NCBI GenBank assembly: GCA_013239625.1 | Contig: MU054187.1 | Span: 24,864,433 to 24,928,432, forward strand | DNA length: 64,000 nucleotides | Reading direction: 5' to 3' | Source: Lama guanicoe | Taxonomy: Eukaryota | In this document: positions 24,531 through 37,868 of the stretch, one piece after another | Position numbering within the stretch: position 1 is the first letter of the stretch | Layout: every line of letters starts with the position of its first letter | The notes under the pieces: generated by a model | What the model was told of the DNA's origin: nothing | Database searches by the model: none | Seen by the model: only the letters and a program-made list of their open reading frames with translations | Program-made: the position numbers and the translations under genes

Positions 24531-27500
24531 ACGTGTTTCTGATGATGTGGTCTTGCTTCTCCTCCTATCTTCCTTGTCATAATCAACTAACCTAACATTT
24601 ATTGTGTGCATCCTTTGCTCCATAATACCTCTCAGTAATCCAACCTAAGTAACAACTTTATCCTGAGACAATTACAGAGTTAACCAAAGCCAGAGAAATT
24701 TGACAGTGGAAATTTACTCAGGAATCCTATTATTTGGCATTTAAAAAATCAAATTACTGTTTGGCTAATTAAAAAAATCAAACTGGCTGCTTTTTCCACT
24801 ATTTAATTAAAATACTAGATGGGCAATTTGGTTATTGGCTAGACTTAGGTGTTAGAAATATTGCTTACAAAAAGTAAACTGTGACTTTGGGTTGCATCTA
24901 GAAATTTGTTTACTAAATAGAGAGACACTATAAATCATGAGTTTGTTTTTGGAACTAAGTTGTTTATGATGTGAAGTGAATTCAAACACAGAGTTCCATA
25001 TTTTTTGATGAAAATATTTCACTTAATGTTTCTGCTACTGGAGAAACTGTTATAACCATAATGTTTAAATAGGTATTCTTCATGTTTTTCATACAAATTC
25101 CTTTTGTTAGCCTACCAAAATGAAACTTGAGATTAATTTCAAGGATAATTATATAACTATGAGCTTTCAAAGCCTGCACACATTGTCTATGCAGCAGACA
25201 GTGTTGTTTATACAAACAGTAGCACTTGAGGAGGCCAGTGTATGGCTGTAGAACATAAACTGTTACACTTCTAGACATGGGACATTTATTTAAAAGATTC
25301 ACCTGGCCAGTTGTTTTGATTTCATGGAATTACATTGTACGTAGGCTAATATACCTGTTAGATGCACTCCTTTGTGTATGAGAAAACATGCGTATCTTTG
25401 TGCAGTGTTAGTGAATTTTTGTATAAATGAAAAAAATTTTAGTATAAGTGAATGCAGTACAATATTTTCATTATATTAGTTTGTTGGGCAGACTAACTAA
25501 GAAAATATATTCACTTGGCATAAACATGTTCTTTCCACTAAAGCTAATGGGTATCTTTGAAAGAAAGAACATACCCAGCTTCTTTTGATCAATCTAATGA
25601 AAATTCACGTTCCTTTGATCTTGTAAATGACCTCCTTGAGTAGCTAGAAAATGTAAATGAGCAAACAGATTGCTATGCCTACACTAGTTGAGAAGCCTAA
25701 CGTTAAAATCAGTCATCCTATTATTTATAAAATACTAAGTCACCAATTGTATTTTATCTTTCACTGATTTTTGCTCAACATTAACCTTCAAAAATGAAAG
25801 AAAATAACCTTGATTGTTTTTTCCTTTTGTTTGCAGAGTCTCTTTGGTAAGAATTTCAAATGTCTTGGAGCTCTAGATGTTACTTTGTTAACAGAAGTCA
25901 TTCTCAAAACCATTAGCGCTCAGCTTTATTTTTGGTCTAATATCAAAAGTCTGCTTTGCTTTACGTCACAAGTTTATTCACAAACTCTAAAAAATAAATC
26001 TCCTATTTCACTGCTGCTCACGAATGATGTCAATATTTATTTAGAGCAGTGGTATTGTTGAAAGGACAGTTGGGAATGAAAATGTGGTCAAAATTACTCT
26101 TCCAAATATTACATTTTGATATTTCTTATTCATTATTGTTTCAAAATGGAAGCTATTTTCCTGGTGATAAAAATCGTAGTAAAAATTATGAAACAAAAAT
26201 TTAAAGTTCCTCTGTAATCTCACCTTATAAAGCTATTTACCATTATTTTTTGTGTACTTCTGTCCATCCTTTAAAATTATACACATAGATGTATATATCT
26301 ATATAATAACTATACATAGTATTTATGAGATAATGTAAGATGTCTATTTGACTTAAATGTAATTTGTGGACCCCTCTCCAAGTTAACAAAAGTGACCTTT
26401 TGAGAACTTATTTAATATTATTTCCACATAGAACATTCTATTTGTTCTTTACTAGTATAATGTTTCAATAAATATTTTTGTATATTTGCCTTTGTCCTAT
26501 TATTTCTTTGAATAATTTCTCAGAAATAAAATTGCTGGATCAAATAGTATTTAAGTTTGAAAGATACTGAGATGATTCTCCTCAAAGATATTTTCAAACT
26601 GCATTTCCATCAAAACTGTCTATTGTCTTATATCCTTGATAGCACCATACTGCTTAAAGCTTTTAAAATTTGCCAATCTGATAGGTTAAAAGACAATATA
26701 ATCTTATTTTTATTTGAATATTTAAAATTATTAAAATGAGTTTTTCATATTCTTTTTTCTTTCTAAAATTGAGATATAATTGACATAGAATGTTGTATAC
26801 AATGTATTGACTTGATACATTTATGTATTTCAATATGATTTACCACTGTAGTGTTAGCTAACATCTCTATCACATCACATAATTATCATTTCTTTTCTGT
26901 GATGGAAAACATTTAAGATCTAGTTTCTTAGCAACTTTGAAGTATATAATTGAGCCTTGTTGTCTATAATCACTGTGCTGTGCATTAGATCTCCAGAACT
27001 CACTTATCTTTTAGTTGCAGTTTTGTACCTTTTGCAATCTCTCCGTCTCCCCTGCCCCGCACCCCCACCCCACCCCAGTCTACTCTCTTTTTGTACAAGT
27101 TTGACTTTTTTAGATTCCACATGTAAGTGAGATCATAAGGTACTTGTCTTTCTCTAACTTATTTCACTTATCATAATGCCCTTGATGTTCCAAATGGCAA
27201 GCTTTCATTCTTATATATGGCTAAAAATTATTTCATTGTGTATGCACATGCACACAATGGAATATTTTGTGTTACATCTTACCTATCCACTCTTTCTTTG
27301 AGGGACATTTAGGTTGCTTCTATATCTTAGCTGTTGTGAATGATGCTGCAATAAACTTGGGAGTCCAGATACCTCTTGGAGATCCTATTTTCATTTCCTT
27401 TGGGTATATACCCAGAAGAGGGATTACTGGATCCCTGGATCATATGGTAGTTCTATTTTTAAATTAATGTATAGTTGATTTACAATGTTATGTTAGTTTC

Positions 27501-30033
27501 AGGTGTATAGCAAGGTGATTCAGTTATACATAGATATATATCTATCTATTCTTTTTCAGATTTTTCATTATAGATTATTACAACATATTGAGTATAGTTC
27601 CCTGTGCTGTATAGTAAGCCCTTATTGGTTATCTATTTCATATACAGCAGTGTGTATATGTTAATCCCAAACTCTTAATTTATCCCTTCCCCACACCCTT
27701 TCCACTTTGGTAACCATAAGTTTGTTTTCTATGTCTGTGAGTCTATTTCTGTTTTATAAATAAGTGTTTTTGTACTTTTTTTTAGATTCCACATATAAGT
27801 AATGTCATATGATATTAGTCTTTCTCTGTACGACTTACTTCACTTAATATGATAATCTCTAAATCCATCCATGTTGCTGCAAATGGCACTATTTCTTTCT
27901 TTTTTATGGCTTAGTAATATTCCTTTATATATATATATATATCTCTTAATGTATGTAATATATCTATTATCTGTCTATCTATCTATCTATCTATCTATCT
28001 AAATTCCTTATCCAGTCATCTGTTGATGGACATTTAGGTTGATTCCATGTCTTGTCTATTGTAAATATTGCTGCTATGAACATTGGAGTGCATGTATTAT
28101 AGTTTTTTTCTAGATATATGCCCAGGAGTGGGATTGCAGGATCATATGGTAACTTTATTTTTAGTTTTTTAAGGAACCTCCATTCTGTTCTCCATAGTGG
28201 CTGCATCAGTTTACATTCTCACCAACAGTGTAGAAGGGTTCTTATTTCTCCACACACTCTCCAGCATTTATTATTTGTAGACTTTTTGATGAGGACCATT
28301 CTGACTGCTGTGAGGTGATATCTTGCTGTAGTTTTGATTTGCATTTCTCTAATCATTAGTGATGTTGAGCATCTTTTCATGTGCCTGTTGGCCGTCTGCG
28401 TGTCATCTTTGGAGAAACGTCTATTTTGATCTTCTCCCCATTTAAAAAATTTTTTTGATATTGAGCTGTATAAGCTGCTTATATATTTTGGAAATTAATC
28501 TCTTGTCACTTGCATCATTTGCAAATATTTTATCCCATTCCATAGGTTGTCTTTTCATTTTGCTTATATTTTCATTTGCTGTACAAAAGCTTTTAAGTTT
28601 GATTAGGCCCAAGTTGTTTATTTTTGTTTTTATTTCCATTACTATAGGAGAAGGATCCCCAAAAAAATTTCTGCAGTTTATGTCAAAGATTGTTCTACCA
28701 ATGTTTTCCTCTAGGAGTTTTAGAGTAACTGGTCTTGCATTCAGGTCTTTAATACATTTTGAGTTTATTTTATATGTGTATTAGATAATGTTCTAGTTTC
28801 ATCATTTTACATGTAGCTGTCTAGTTTTCCCAGAACCACTTACTGAACAGACTGTCTTTTCTCCATTGTATATTCTTGCCTTCTTTGTTACTGATTAATT
28901 GACAGTAAGGGCATGGGTTTATTTCTGGGCTTTCTATCCTGTTCCATTGATCTATGTGTCTGTTTTTGTGTCAGTACCATGCTGTTTTGACTATTGTAGA
29001 TTTGTATTATGGTCTGAAGTTAGGGAGCATGATTCCTCCAGCTCCATTTTTTTCCTCACGATTGCTTTGGCTATTTAAAGGCTTTTGTGTTTCCATACAA
29101 ATTAAACATTTTTTGTTACAGTTCTGTGAAAAATGTCATTGGTAATTTGATAGGGATTACATTGAACCTGTAGATGGCCTTGGGTAGTTCGGCCATTTTA
29201 GTGACTCTTCCAGTCCGAGGGCATGGTATATCTGTTTGTGTCATCTTCAGTTTCTTTCATCAGTGTCTTATAGTTTTCAAAGCACAGGTCCTTTGCTTCC
29301 TTAGTTTGGTTTGTTTCTGGGGGTTTTATTCTCTTCTGATGAAATGGTAAATGGAATTGTCTCCTTAATTTCCCTTTCTGATATTTGGTCCTTAGTGTAT
29401 AGAAGTGCAACAGATTACTCTGTATTAACTCTATATCCTGCAACTTTACCGAATTCATTGATAAGCTCTAGTAGTTTCCTGGTAGTGTCTAGGATTTTCT
29501 ACATTAAGTTTCATGTTATCTGCAAATAGTGACAGTTTTAATTCTTCTTTTCCAATTTGGATTCCTTTTATTTCTTTTCTTCTCTGATTGTTAAGGCTAG
29601 GACTTCCAAAACTATGATGAATAAAATGGTGAGAGTGGGCTTCCTTGTTTTTTTCCTAATCTTAGAGGAAATGCTTTCAGCTTTTCATCACTGAATATGA
29701 TGGTAGCTGTAGGTTTGTCATATATGGCTTTTATTATTTTGAGGTATGTCTCCTCTATGCTCACTTTCTGGGGCTTTTATCATAAATGGATGTTAAATTT
29801 TATCAAAACTTTTTTCTGCATCTAATGAGATGATCATATAGTTTTTATTCTTCAATTTGTTAATGTGGTGTATCACACTAATTGATTTGTGGATATTGAA
29901 AATTCCTTGCATCCCTGGGATAAATACCTCTTGATCTTAGTGTACAGTTCTTTTAGTTATTGTTGGAGTCAATTTGCTAGTATTTTGGTTGAGAATTTTT
30001 GCGTTTATGTTCATAAGTGATATTGGCCTGTGA

Positions 30034-30642
30034 TTTTCCTTCCTTCCTTCCTTCATCCCTCCCTCCCTCCCTCTCTCCCTCTTCCTCCCTCCCTCCCCCT
30101 CTCCCTCTTCCTTCCTTCCTTTCTTTCCTTCCTTCCTTTTCTTTCTTCTCTTTCTTCCTTCTCTTTCTTTCTTCCCTCCCTCCCTTTCTTTCCTTCCTTC
30201 CTTCCTCCCTCCCTCCCTCCCTCTCTCCCTCTTCCTCCCTCCCTCCCCCTCTCCCTCTTCCTTCCTTCCTTTCTTTCCTTCCTTCCTTTTCTTTCTTCTC
30301 TTTCTTCCTTCTCTTTCTTTCTTCCCTCCCTCCCTTTCTTTCCTTCCTTCCTTCCTCCCTCCCTCCCTCCCTCTCTCCCTCTTCCTCCCTCCCTCCCCCT
30401 CTCCCTCTTCCTTCCTTCCTTTCTTTCCTTCCTTCCTTTTCTTTCTTCTCTTTCTTCCTTCTCTTTCTTTCTTCCCTCCCTCCCTTTCTTTCCTTCCTTC
30501 CTTCCTCCCTCCCTCCCTCTCTCTCTCCCTTTCTTTCTTTCTTTCTTCCTTTCTTTCCTTTCTTTCTTTTTCTTTCTTTCTTTCTTTCTTTTCTTTCTTT
30601 CTTGTCTCTCTCACCCTCCCTCCCTTCCTTTCTTTCTTTTCT
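30034..30642. repeat. ~600-bp polypyrimidine compound microsatellite with an exact 150-bp higher-order unit (~3 copies)
   Basis: Lines 30061 and 30361 are identical, and the same string recurs at 30211. The 50-aa periodicity in the spurious ORFs agrees. Confidence 0.95.
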
Positions 30643-31341
30643 CATATCTTTGTCTGGTTTTGGTATCAGGGTGATTGACAATGGCATGAGTTTGGAAGTG
30701 TTCCCTCCTCTGCAACTTATTGGAATAGTTTCAGAAGGATAGATGTTAACTCTTCTCTAAATGTTTAGCAGAAATTGCCTGTGAAGCAATCTGGTCCTGG
30801 ACTTTTGTTTGGTGGGAGTTTTTAAATTACTGATTCAATTTTAGTACAAGTAATTTGTCTGTTCATATTTTCTGTTTTTTCCTGGTTCAGTCTTGGGGGA
30901 TTGTACCTTTCTAAGAATTTGTCCATTTCTTCCCAGGTTGTCCACTTTATTGCTGTATAGTTACTGTTAGTCTCGTGATTTTTTCTATTTCTGTGATACC
31001 AGTTGTAACTACTCCTTTTTCATCACTGATTTTATTGATTTGGGCCCTCTCCCTTTTTTTCTTGATGAGTTTGGCTAAAGGTTTATCAATTTTATTTATC
31101 TTTTCAAAGGACCAGCTTTTAGTTTCATTGATCTTTTCTATTTTTTTAAGTCTCTATTTCATTTACTTCTGCTTTGATCTTTATGATTTCTCTCCTTCTA
31201 CTAATTTTTAGTTTTGTTTGGTCTTCTCTCTCTAGTTGCTTTAGGTGTAAGATGAGGTTGTTTATTTGAGATTTTTCTTGTTTCCTGAGGTACGCTTGTT
31301 TTGCTATAAACTTCCCTCTAGAACCGTGTTTGCTGTGTCCC

Positions 31342-31975
31342 TTTTTTTTCTTTCTGTTTGATAGTTAAAAGTTTATTGTCAATTCTTGGTAGTTCCCTTA
31401 AGTCAGTCTCAGTTCTACTATTTAAAAGCAACTCAGGGAACCTCCTTTCCAGTGGCACAGAAGTCAAATGAGAGGGCTTCATGTAACAAATATATCTATG
31501 TTAATAACATATTAGTTTCAATTCACAGCTCGTTATCCTTGCAGCTTTAAAGAGGTAACACAGTGGCATAAGTGAAGGCTGCTGCACTCCTTTGACCAAA
31601 GGCCCATCCTCTGCCTAAGGGTCTGTGCCCCCTGACTGCTTGGATATCATCTTGCAGAGCCTCCTAGGCGCAGGAATGGATGTGAGTGACCTGAGGCGGC
31701 TGGAGTGCACAAAGGGTTGTGCTGAAGCCTCCTTCCCTTGGGGGCCCCTGCTCAGCCTGGGCTGCCTGGGCTGGCCTGGGCTGGCCTGTGCCCTTTCTGC
31801 AGGTGTGTCCGGGGTGCCATGTCCATATGTGGGCTGTTTCTAAGTGGAAGGAGAAATTGTTAGATGTGGCCCTGACCTACTGGGCAGGACGTGGTGGTTG
31901 CCCTGAGGGAGGATGAACTCCCTGGTGTCCTAGTTCTCATGGGTCCTTCCTTCTTTGACCTTCTCTGCCAGGCCA
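31342..31975 (-). pseudogene. 5'-truncated processed retrocopy, apparently the 3' UTR of an unidentified mRNA, inserted in L1 ORF2
   Basis: Non-L1, partly GC-rich sequence. AATAAA at 31377-31372 is followed ~20 nt later by a polyA tail (T-run 31342-31349). L1 resumes colinearly on both sides (gctgtgtccc | ggttttggattg). Confidence 0.7.
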
Positions 31976-33788
31976 GGGTTTTGGATTGTCGTGTTTTCAT
32001 TTTCATTTGTCTCTAGGTATTTTTTTGATTTCTTCGATTTCTTGAGTGATCTATTGGTTGTTTACTAGCATATTGTTTAACCTCCATGTGTTTGTGTTTT
32101 TTTGTACTTTTTCTTATAGTTGATTTCTAATCTCACAGTGTTGTGGACAGAAAAGTTGTTTGTTAGAATTTCAGTTTTCTTTAATTTATGGAGGCTTGCC
32201 TTGTGGCCCAGCATGTAATTGATCCTGGAGAATGTCCCATGTGCACTTAAAAAAAATGTATATACTGCTGCTTTAATGGAGTGCTCAATGAATATCAACT
32301 AAGTCCATCTGGTCTAATGTGTCATTTTAGGGTTTGTGTTTCCTTATTGATTTTCTCTCTGGATGATCTGCCCATTGATGTAAGTGGGGTGTTACATTTC
32401 CCCATTGTTATTGTGTTACTGTCAATTTCTCCTTTTACGTCTGTTAACATTTGCCTTACATGCTGTGGTGCTCCTCTTTTGGGTGTATATATATATATTT
32501 ACAATTGGTTAGTTATATTTATCAACCTTGGGAAAGTGGCCCTCTGTAGGGGATGTCCTGTGTTTCCCACCAGTAAAATTCCCTCTTGACACTCAAGGGC
32601 CAAGTGCTGGCTGGTCCCAGGGTAAGATCTGGCTTGCCTTTGTAGATTCAGTTCCACAGGCTGCAGGATTATAGTTTTATTGCTTCTGTTCTCTGCCCCT
32701 GGTGAATGAGGCTGGTCTAGAGGCTTGTGCAAACTTCTGGCAGGAGGGGCTAGTGCCTGTCCACTGGTGGGTGGAGCTGGATCCTGTCCCTCTGGTGGGC
32801 AGGGCCATGTTGAGGGGTGTGTCTAGAGGCAGCTGCAGCTGTGGGTTCAAGAAGTTATTTGGCAGCCTGCCTGCTGATGGGTAGAACTGTGTTCCTGCTT
32901 AGTTAGTTATTTGGTCCAAAGCCTGCCAGCACTGGGGCCTACAGGTTGTTGGGCGGGGCTGGGTCTTGATGCTAATAACCCAAGCAAGATGTCAGTCTCC
33001 AGTAGAATTCATGCAGATGAATGCTCCCTGATATGTCTGCTACCAGTTTTTATGTTCCCAGGGTGAGCCACAGCTGCCATCCGCCTCTCTGGGAGATCCT
33101 CCAAAACCAGCAGGTAGTCTGGCCCAGGCACCTATGAAGTTACTGCTTTTGCCCTTGGTTCCAGTGTGCATGAGATTTTGTCTGTGCCCTTCAAGAGTGA
33201 AGTCTCTATTTTTGCCAATCCTGTGGACCTCCTGCAATTAAGCCCTGCTGGCCTTCAAAGCCAAATACCCTGGTGGCTTATTTTTCAACGCTAGACCCTC
33301 ACACAGGCTGGGGAGCCTGAGGTGGGGCTCAGAACTCTTAATTCTTGTGGGAGAACTTCTGCAATACAGTTATTCTCCAGTTTGTGGCTCACTCAGCCAG
33401 GGGCTATGGGATTTGATACATTTAGAATTTGCCCTCCTACCATCTCCTGGTGGTTCCTTCTTTGTATTTTTAGTTGTAGAAGATCATTTCTTGTATATTC
33501 CAGGTTTTTTTTAATTGATGATAGTTCTGCAATTAGTTGTGATTTTGGTGAGTTTGTGAGAGGAGGCGAGCTCAAGGTCCCTCTCTGTCATCTTGGCTTA
33601 ATGTGGTAGTTATATTTTTAATTCTTGAGAAGCCTCTATCCTGTTTCCTGTAGTGACTGCACCAACTTACATTCCCACTAACAATGCACAAGGGTTTCCT
33701 TTTCCCCACATCCTTGCCAACACTTATTTTTTGTCTTTTTTGTAGTAGCCATTGTAACAGGTGTGAGGTGATATCTCACTGCAGTTTT

Positions 33789-33922
33789 TTTTTTAACATT
33801 TTTTATTGATTTATAATCATTTTACAATGTTGTGTCAAATTCCAGTGTTCAGCACAATTTTTCAGTCATTCATGGACATATACACACTCATCGTCACATT
33901 TTTTTCTCTGTGATTTATCATA
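33789..33922 (-). mobile_element. 134-bp young L1 tail with 13-bp TSD
   Basis: TSD tcactgcagtttt at 33776-33788 and 33923-33935; near-identical to the tail at 18700-18830. Confidence 0.9.
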
Positions 33923-36279
33923 TCACTGCAGTTTTGATTTGCATTTCCCTGATAATTAGTAATGTCAAGCACACTTTGAAGCCTTATAGTTTCATGTAGT
34001 CTCTTTTATTGATTTTTTTCTTTTGTTAATCGGTGTCATGTCCAAAAAAATCGTTGCTAAGACCAATGTCTAGAAGCTTTTTTCCTTATGCTTTCTTCTA
34101 TCAGTTTTAAGATTTCAGGTCTTAGGTTTCAGTTTTTAATCCATTTTGAATTAAATTCTGTGTGAGTGGTGTAAAATAGGGTTTCTATGTCATTTTTCAG
34201 TATGTAGTTATCAAGTTTTCTCAATACTATTTATTGAAGAGACTATCTCCCCCATTGATAATTATTGGCTCATTACTTGCTTTTCTTATTCTGTAAGTTG
34301 CTTGTGTTCAATCTCTGCCTGTTTTTCTATTAAAGCATTATATATCATGATTTAATATTATATGAAGATATACAATATTAGGGTGTTACATAATATGAAT
34401 ATTATTTGTTGATTGATGCATTGTGAAGTGTTTCTTTTTACTAATATTTTAACTTTGTTAATGATTTTGCCTTAAAATTTTAGTTAATATATAGTTATGT
34501 AACTTTATAGTTTTTGGATTTCTTACACCTAAGAATTGTCTTTCTTCTTCAATATTAAAGTAATTATTTCCTTTGTTGTAATAATTTTATATTAAAAATA
34601 ATTTAAAATACAGTTGGATTTTGTTTGAGGCAGAAACAAAATTTTTCCAAGTGTTTATCCAGCTATGGAGAATTATTTATTATATTTATTCATCATTTTT
34701 CCCACTGATTTGAAATGCCAAATTTATAATACCAAAGGTTTCATATCTTTATGGATTTGGATCTTATTTTGTGTTTTTAATCTGTTTCTTTATTCTTACG
34801 CAAATGATGTATTATTTTAATAATTGTAGCTTTTTATAAATTATGTCATCTAATAGAGCAAATCCCCTTTATTTTTCTGTTTCAAAAATATCTTGGTCAT
34901 TGTCATGAACTTACTCTTCTTCATGGAAATAACAATCACCTTGGTATATCCCACCCCATTAGTACCTTCCATTTTCATTAGTTCTACAGGAAATTGAATT
35001 AGAAGGCATTATACTTACAGATTATGTCAGAGAAAATGGAAATCTTCAAAATATTGAATACTCCAATGTAAGAATCTGGTATATTATGCATTTTATTAGG
35101 AAGTCTTTATTAAACTTTATTTAGAGAGTCTTTTTATGCTTATCAGTAACAGTTTAGAGTTTTCTTCACGGATTTTATATAGTTCTTGTTAGGTTTATTT
35201 CTAGGAATAATATAGCTTTTACTTTATTAAGACTGTGAATAGGACTCTTCCAAAAAAAATCTAAATTATTAATACTGATGTTTAGGATTCACTTATTCTG
35301 TGTATTAATATTGCAATTTAGTCATCTACTACAGTTTATTATGACTCTCAAAATTTTTTATTTGGTTTTCTTGCCTTTTGTGAGGGATTATATCATTTGC
35401 AAATTATGATAATTTGCTTGCTTGCTTCCCTTTGTGTACCTGTCTTCTTTGTCTGTTTCATTGTATTGACTAGAAACGTCAGAGAAATGTCAATTAATAG
35501 AAGTGACAGAAAATATCCTTGTTTCATCACTGACTTTGATATAAATGCCTCTAATTTTTTCACCATTAAGGATGATAATGCTAATTTTTTTCTTTGAGAC
35601 TGAATCACATTAAGGATGTTTTACTTATAATATAGGAATAGATTAATGCCTTTTATAATTATCTTAAAAATAAATATATGGTTTAATCTATGGATCTAAT
35701 GGATCTATCAACATAATGAACTACAGAACTGAATTTCCTAAGTAGAGTTAACCTTGTTTTCCTGGAATGAAGTCGGCTTGGTTATGTTGCTGTATGCTTT
35801 TGATTTTAAAGCTAGATTTGATTTGTAATATTTTAATTAGGCTTTTTTTCATTATACTCCCAAATGAGATTGCTTTGTAGTTAGTGACTGTGTGGATGGA
35901 TGTGTGCTCACAGCTGGGCATACAAAATCAATTAGTTTTTAGAATTAAAATGCCCTAGCTTCATAAAATTAACAATGAAAACCTCTTTATTCTCTGTAAC
36001 AATTTAAATAACAGAAATTATATGTTCTTTGAATTTGGGAAATCATCTTCATCTGGTGCTGTATGGGAAAGGTAAATCTTTGATACTGTTCTTATTTATA
36101 TAATTCATTTTATCAAACATGTTATTTGTTACACAAGTCTCCCAGATTGATATTTTATTCCTACTTGCTCTGAGGGAGTTTTCAGTATCCACTTGTGTTT
36201 GTGGTCTTCTTTTGTGCATTAATGATAGTTTTCTTTATAGATTTTGACTAATTTTTTTGAGCAGAAGGGTTATTTTAGC

Positions 36280-36632
36280 TTGGGTTCAAGGGCAGGTAGT
36301 TTCTAGGAAGTATTGGTAAAGGAGTGGGGAATTGGGACAGAGAAATTAGGGAAGCCACGAAGGGGTGTGTTAGCAAGAAATTTAGCATTGTGAACAACTG
36401 GAGCTTAATCTCTCTAGGAAAGTCTCAGGAGTCAGTGTAGAAAATACACTTCAGAGTTATCCTTGCTAAGCTGGTGAGAGAGTTGGTATATTTATCCCCC
36501 TAAGTCATCTGTTATTGATTGAGGGCTACTCCAGGGGTAGGAGGCATTAATTCTCCAGCATATCTGGCCTGTTTCATCTGCAGTCAGAATGGACTCTGAG
36601 AAAGCAAAAAAGCGTCTTCTACAAGTGTCCAC
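36280..36632 (-). mobile_element. Ancient ERVL LTR (LTR33-like)
   Basis: tgtgaacaactggagcttaatc...cagtgtagaaaatacacttcagagttatcc...gtatatttatc...attgattgagggctactcc. Confidence 0.65.
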
Positions 36633-36925
36633 AATTGTTAGAGGTTTGTGACATTTTGTACCTATAGCTAATTCATTAATTCTTATATTTATTAATTTAT
36701 TGAACAAGCATTTGCTTTCATACAAGACTGTTAGTTTACTGGTACATAATTGTAGGATCATAATCCTTTTCTAAAAGTATTTCTCAAGTTTTGACTCATA
36801 GACTTGTTTTGCAGAGAATACTCTTCCTGAAAATTATTACTTCTATTAAATTATCTATTTTATCATTCTTAATTAAAAGTCCACTTTTCTCTTGTACTTT
36901 TTAGAAAAAATAGATGTTTACTCTT

Positions 36926-37868
36926 TTTTCTTTATCAGTAATTACTTTTTTCTTTTTTAAGCCATTTTTTAATTGAAGTATAGTTAATTTACAATGTTCT
37001 GTTACTGTCAGGTGTACAACAAAGTAATTCAGTGATATATATATACACACATATGTATATATGTATATATATTCAGATTCTTTTCCATTATAGGTTATTA
37101 TAAGGTATTGAATATAGTTCCTTGTGCTATACAGTAGGTCCTTGTCATTTATCTATTTTACATATAGTAGTGTATATAGGTTAATCCCAAACTCCTAATT
37201 TATCCCTTCCCCTTATTTTTCCCTTTGGTAACCATAAGTTTGTTTTCTACATCTGTGAGTCTACTTCTGTTTTGTAAATATGTCCATTTGTACATTTTTT
37301 TAGATTCCACGTATTAGTGACATATGATATTTCTTTCTCTATCTGACTTACTTCCCTTAAAATAATCTTTGGGTCCATCCACATTGCTGCAAATGACATC
37401 ATTTCTTTTTTATGGCTGAATTATATTCCACTGTATATATTTACTATAGCTTCTTTATCCATTCATCTGTTGATTGACATTTAGATTGATTCCATGTCTT
37501 GGCTATTGTAAATAGCGCTGCTATGAACATTGTGGGGCATGTATCTTTTTTGAATTACACTTTCTCTGGATATATGCCCAGGAGTGGGCTTGTAGGATCA
37601 TATGGTAACTGTAGTTCTTTTAAGGAACCTCCATACCGTTCTCTATAGTGGCTGCACTAATTTACATTCCCACCAACAGTGTAGGAGGGTTCCTTTTCTC
37701 TACACACTCTTGAGCATTTATTTGTAGGCTTTTTAATGATGGCCATTCTGACTGGTGTGAGGTGATGTCTCATTGTAGTTTTGATAATAATTTCTCTGAT
37801 AATAAGTGATATAGAACTTTTTTTTATGTGCTTGTTGGCTATCTGTATGTTTTCTTTGGAGAAATGGC
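36926..37868 (-). mobile_element. Truncated L1 with ~24-bp imperfect TSD
   Basis: tagaaaaaatagatgtttactctt (36902-36925) versus tagaaaaaaataggtgtttactctt (37869-37893); peptide [17 protein letters not shown]. Confidence 0.88.

Larger units (their letters stand above)
27463..33600 (-). mobile_element. L1 with intact 5' end and 3' UTR, degenerate ORF2 (EN-RT-C), ORF1 deleted; ~21-bp TSD
   Basis: TSD atatggtagttctatttttaa (27442-27462) versus atgtggtagttatatttttaa (33601-33621). 5' end AAGCCAAGATGACAGAGAGGGACCTTGAGCTC. ORF2 peptides YTFFLSAHGTFSRINYMLGHK and ITLIPKPDKD...NHRPISLMNINAKILN. Confidence 0.9.
26760..34270 (-). mobile_element. Host L1 (L1MA-type 3' end), split by a nested L1 at 27463-33600 and a short L1 at 33789-33922
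   Basis: Host sequence ggatcatatggtagttctattttt resumes at 33601 and continues as L1 ORF2 antisense. Confidence 0.8.

Noticed and set aside
29937..30742. Four long ORFs (214-241 aa) rich in E/K/R/G or F/L/P/S
   Set aside because: They are translations of the polypyrimidine microsatellite, which cannot contain stop codons.
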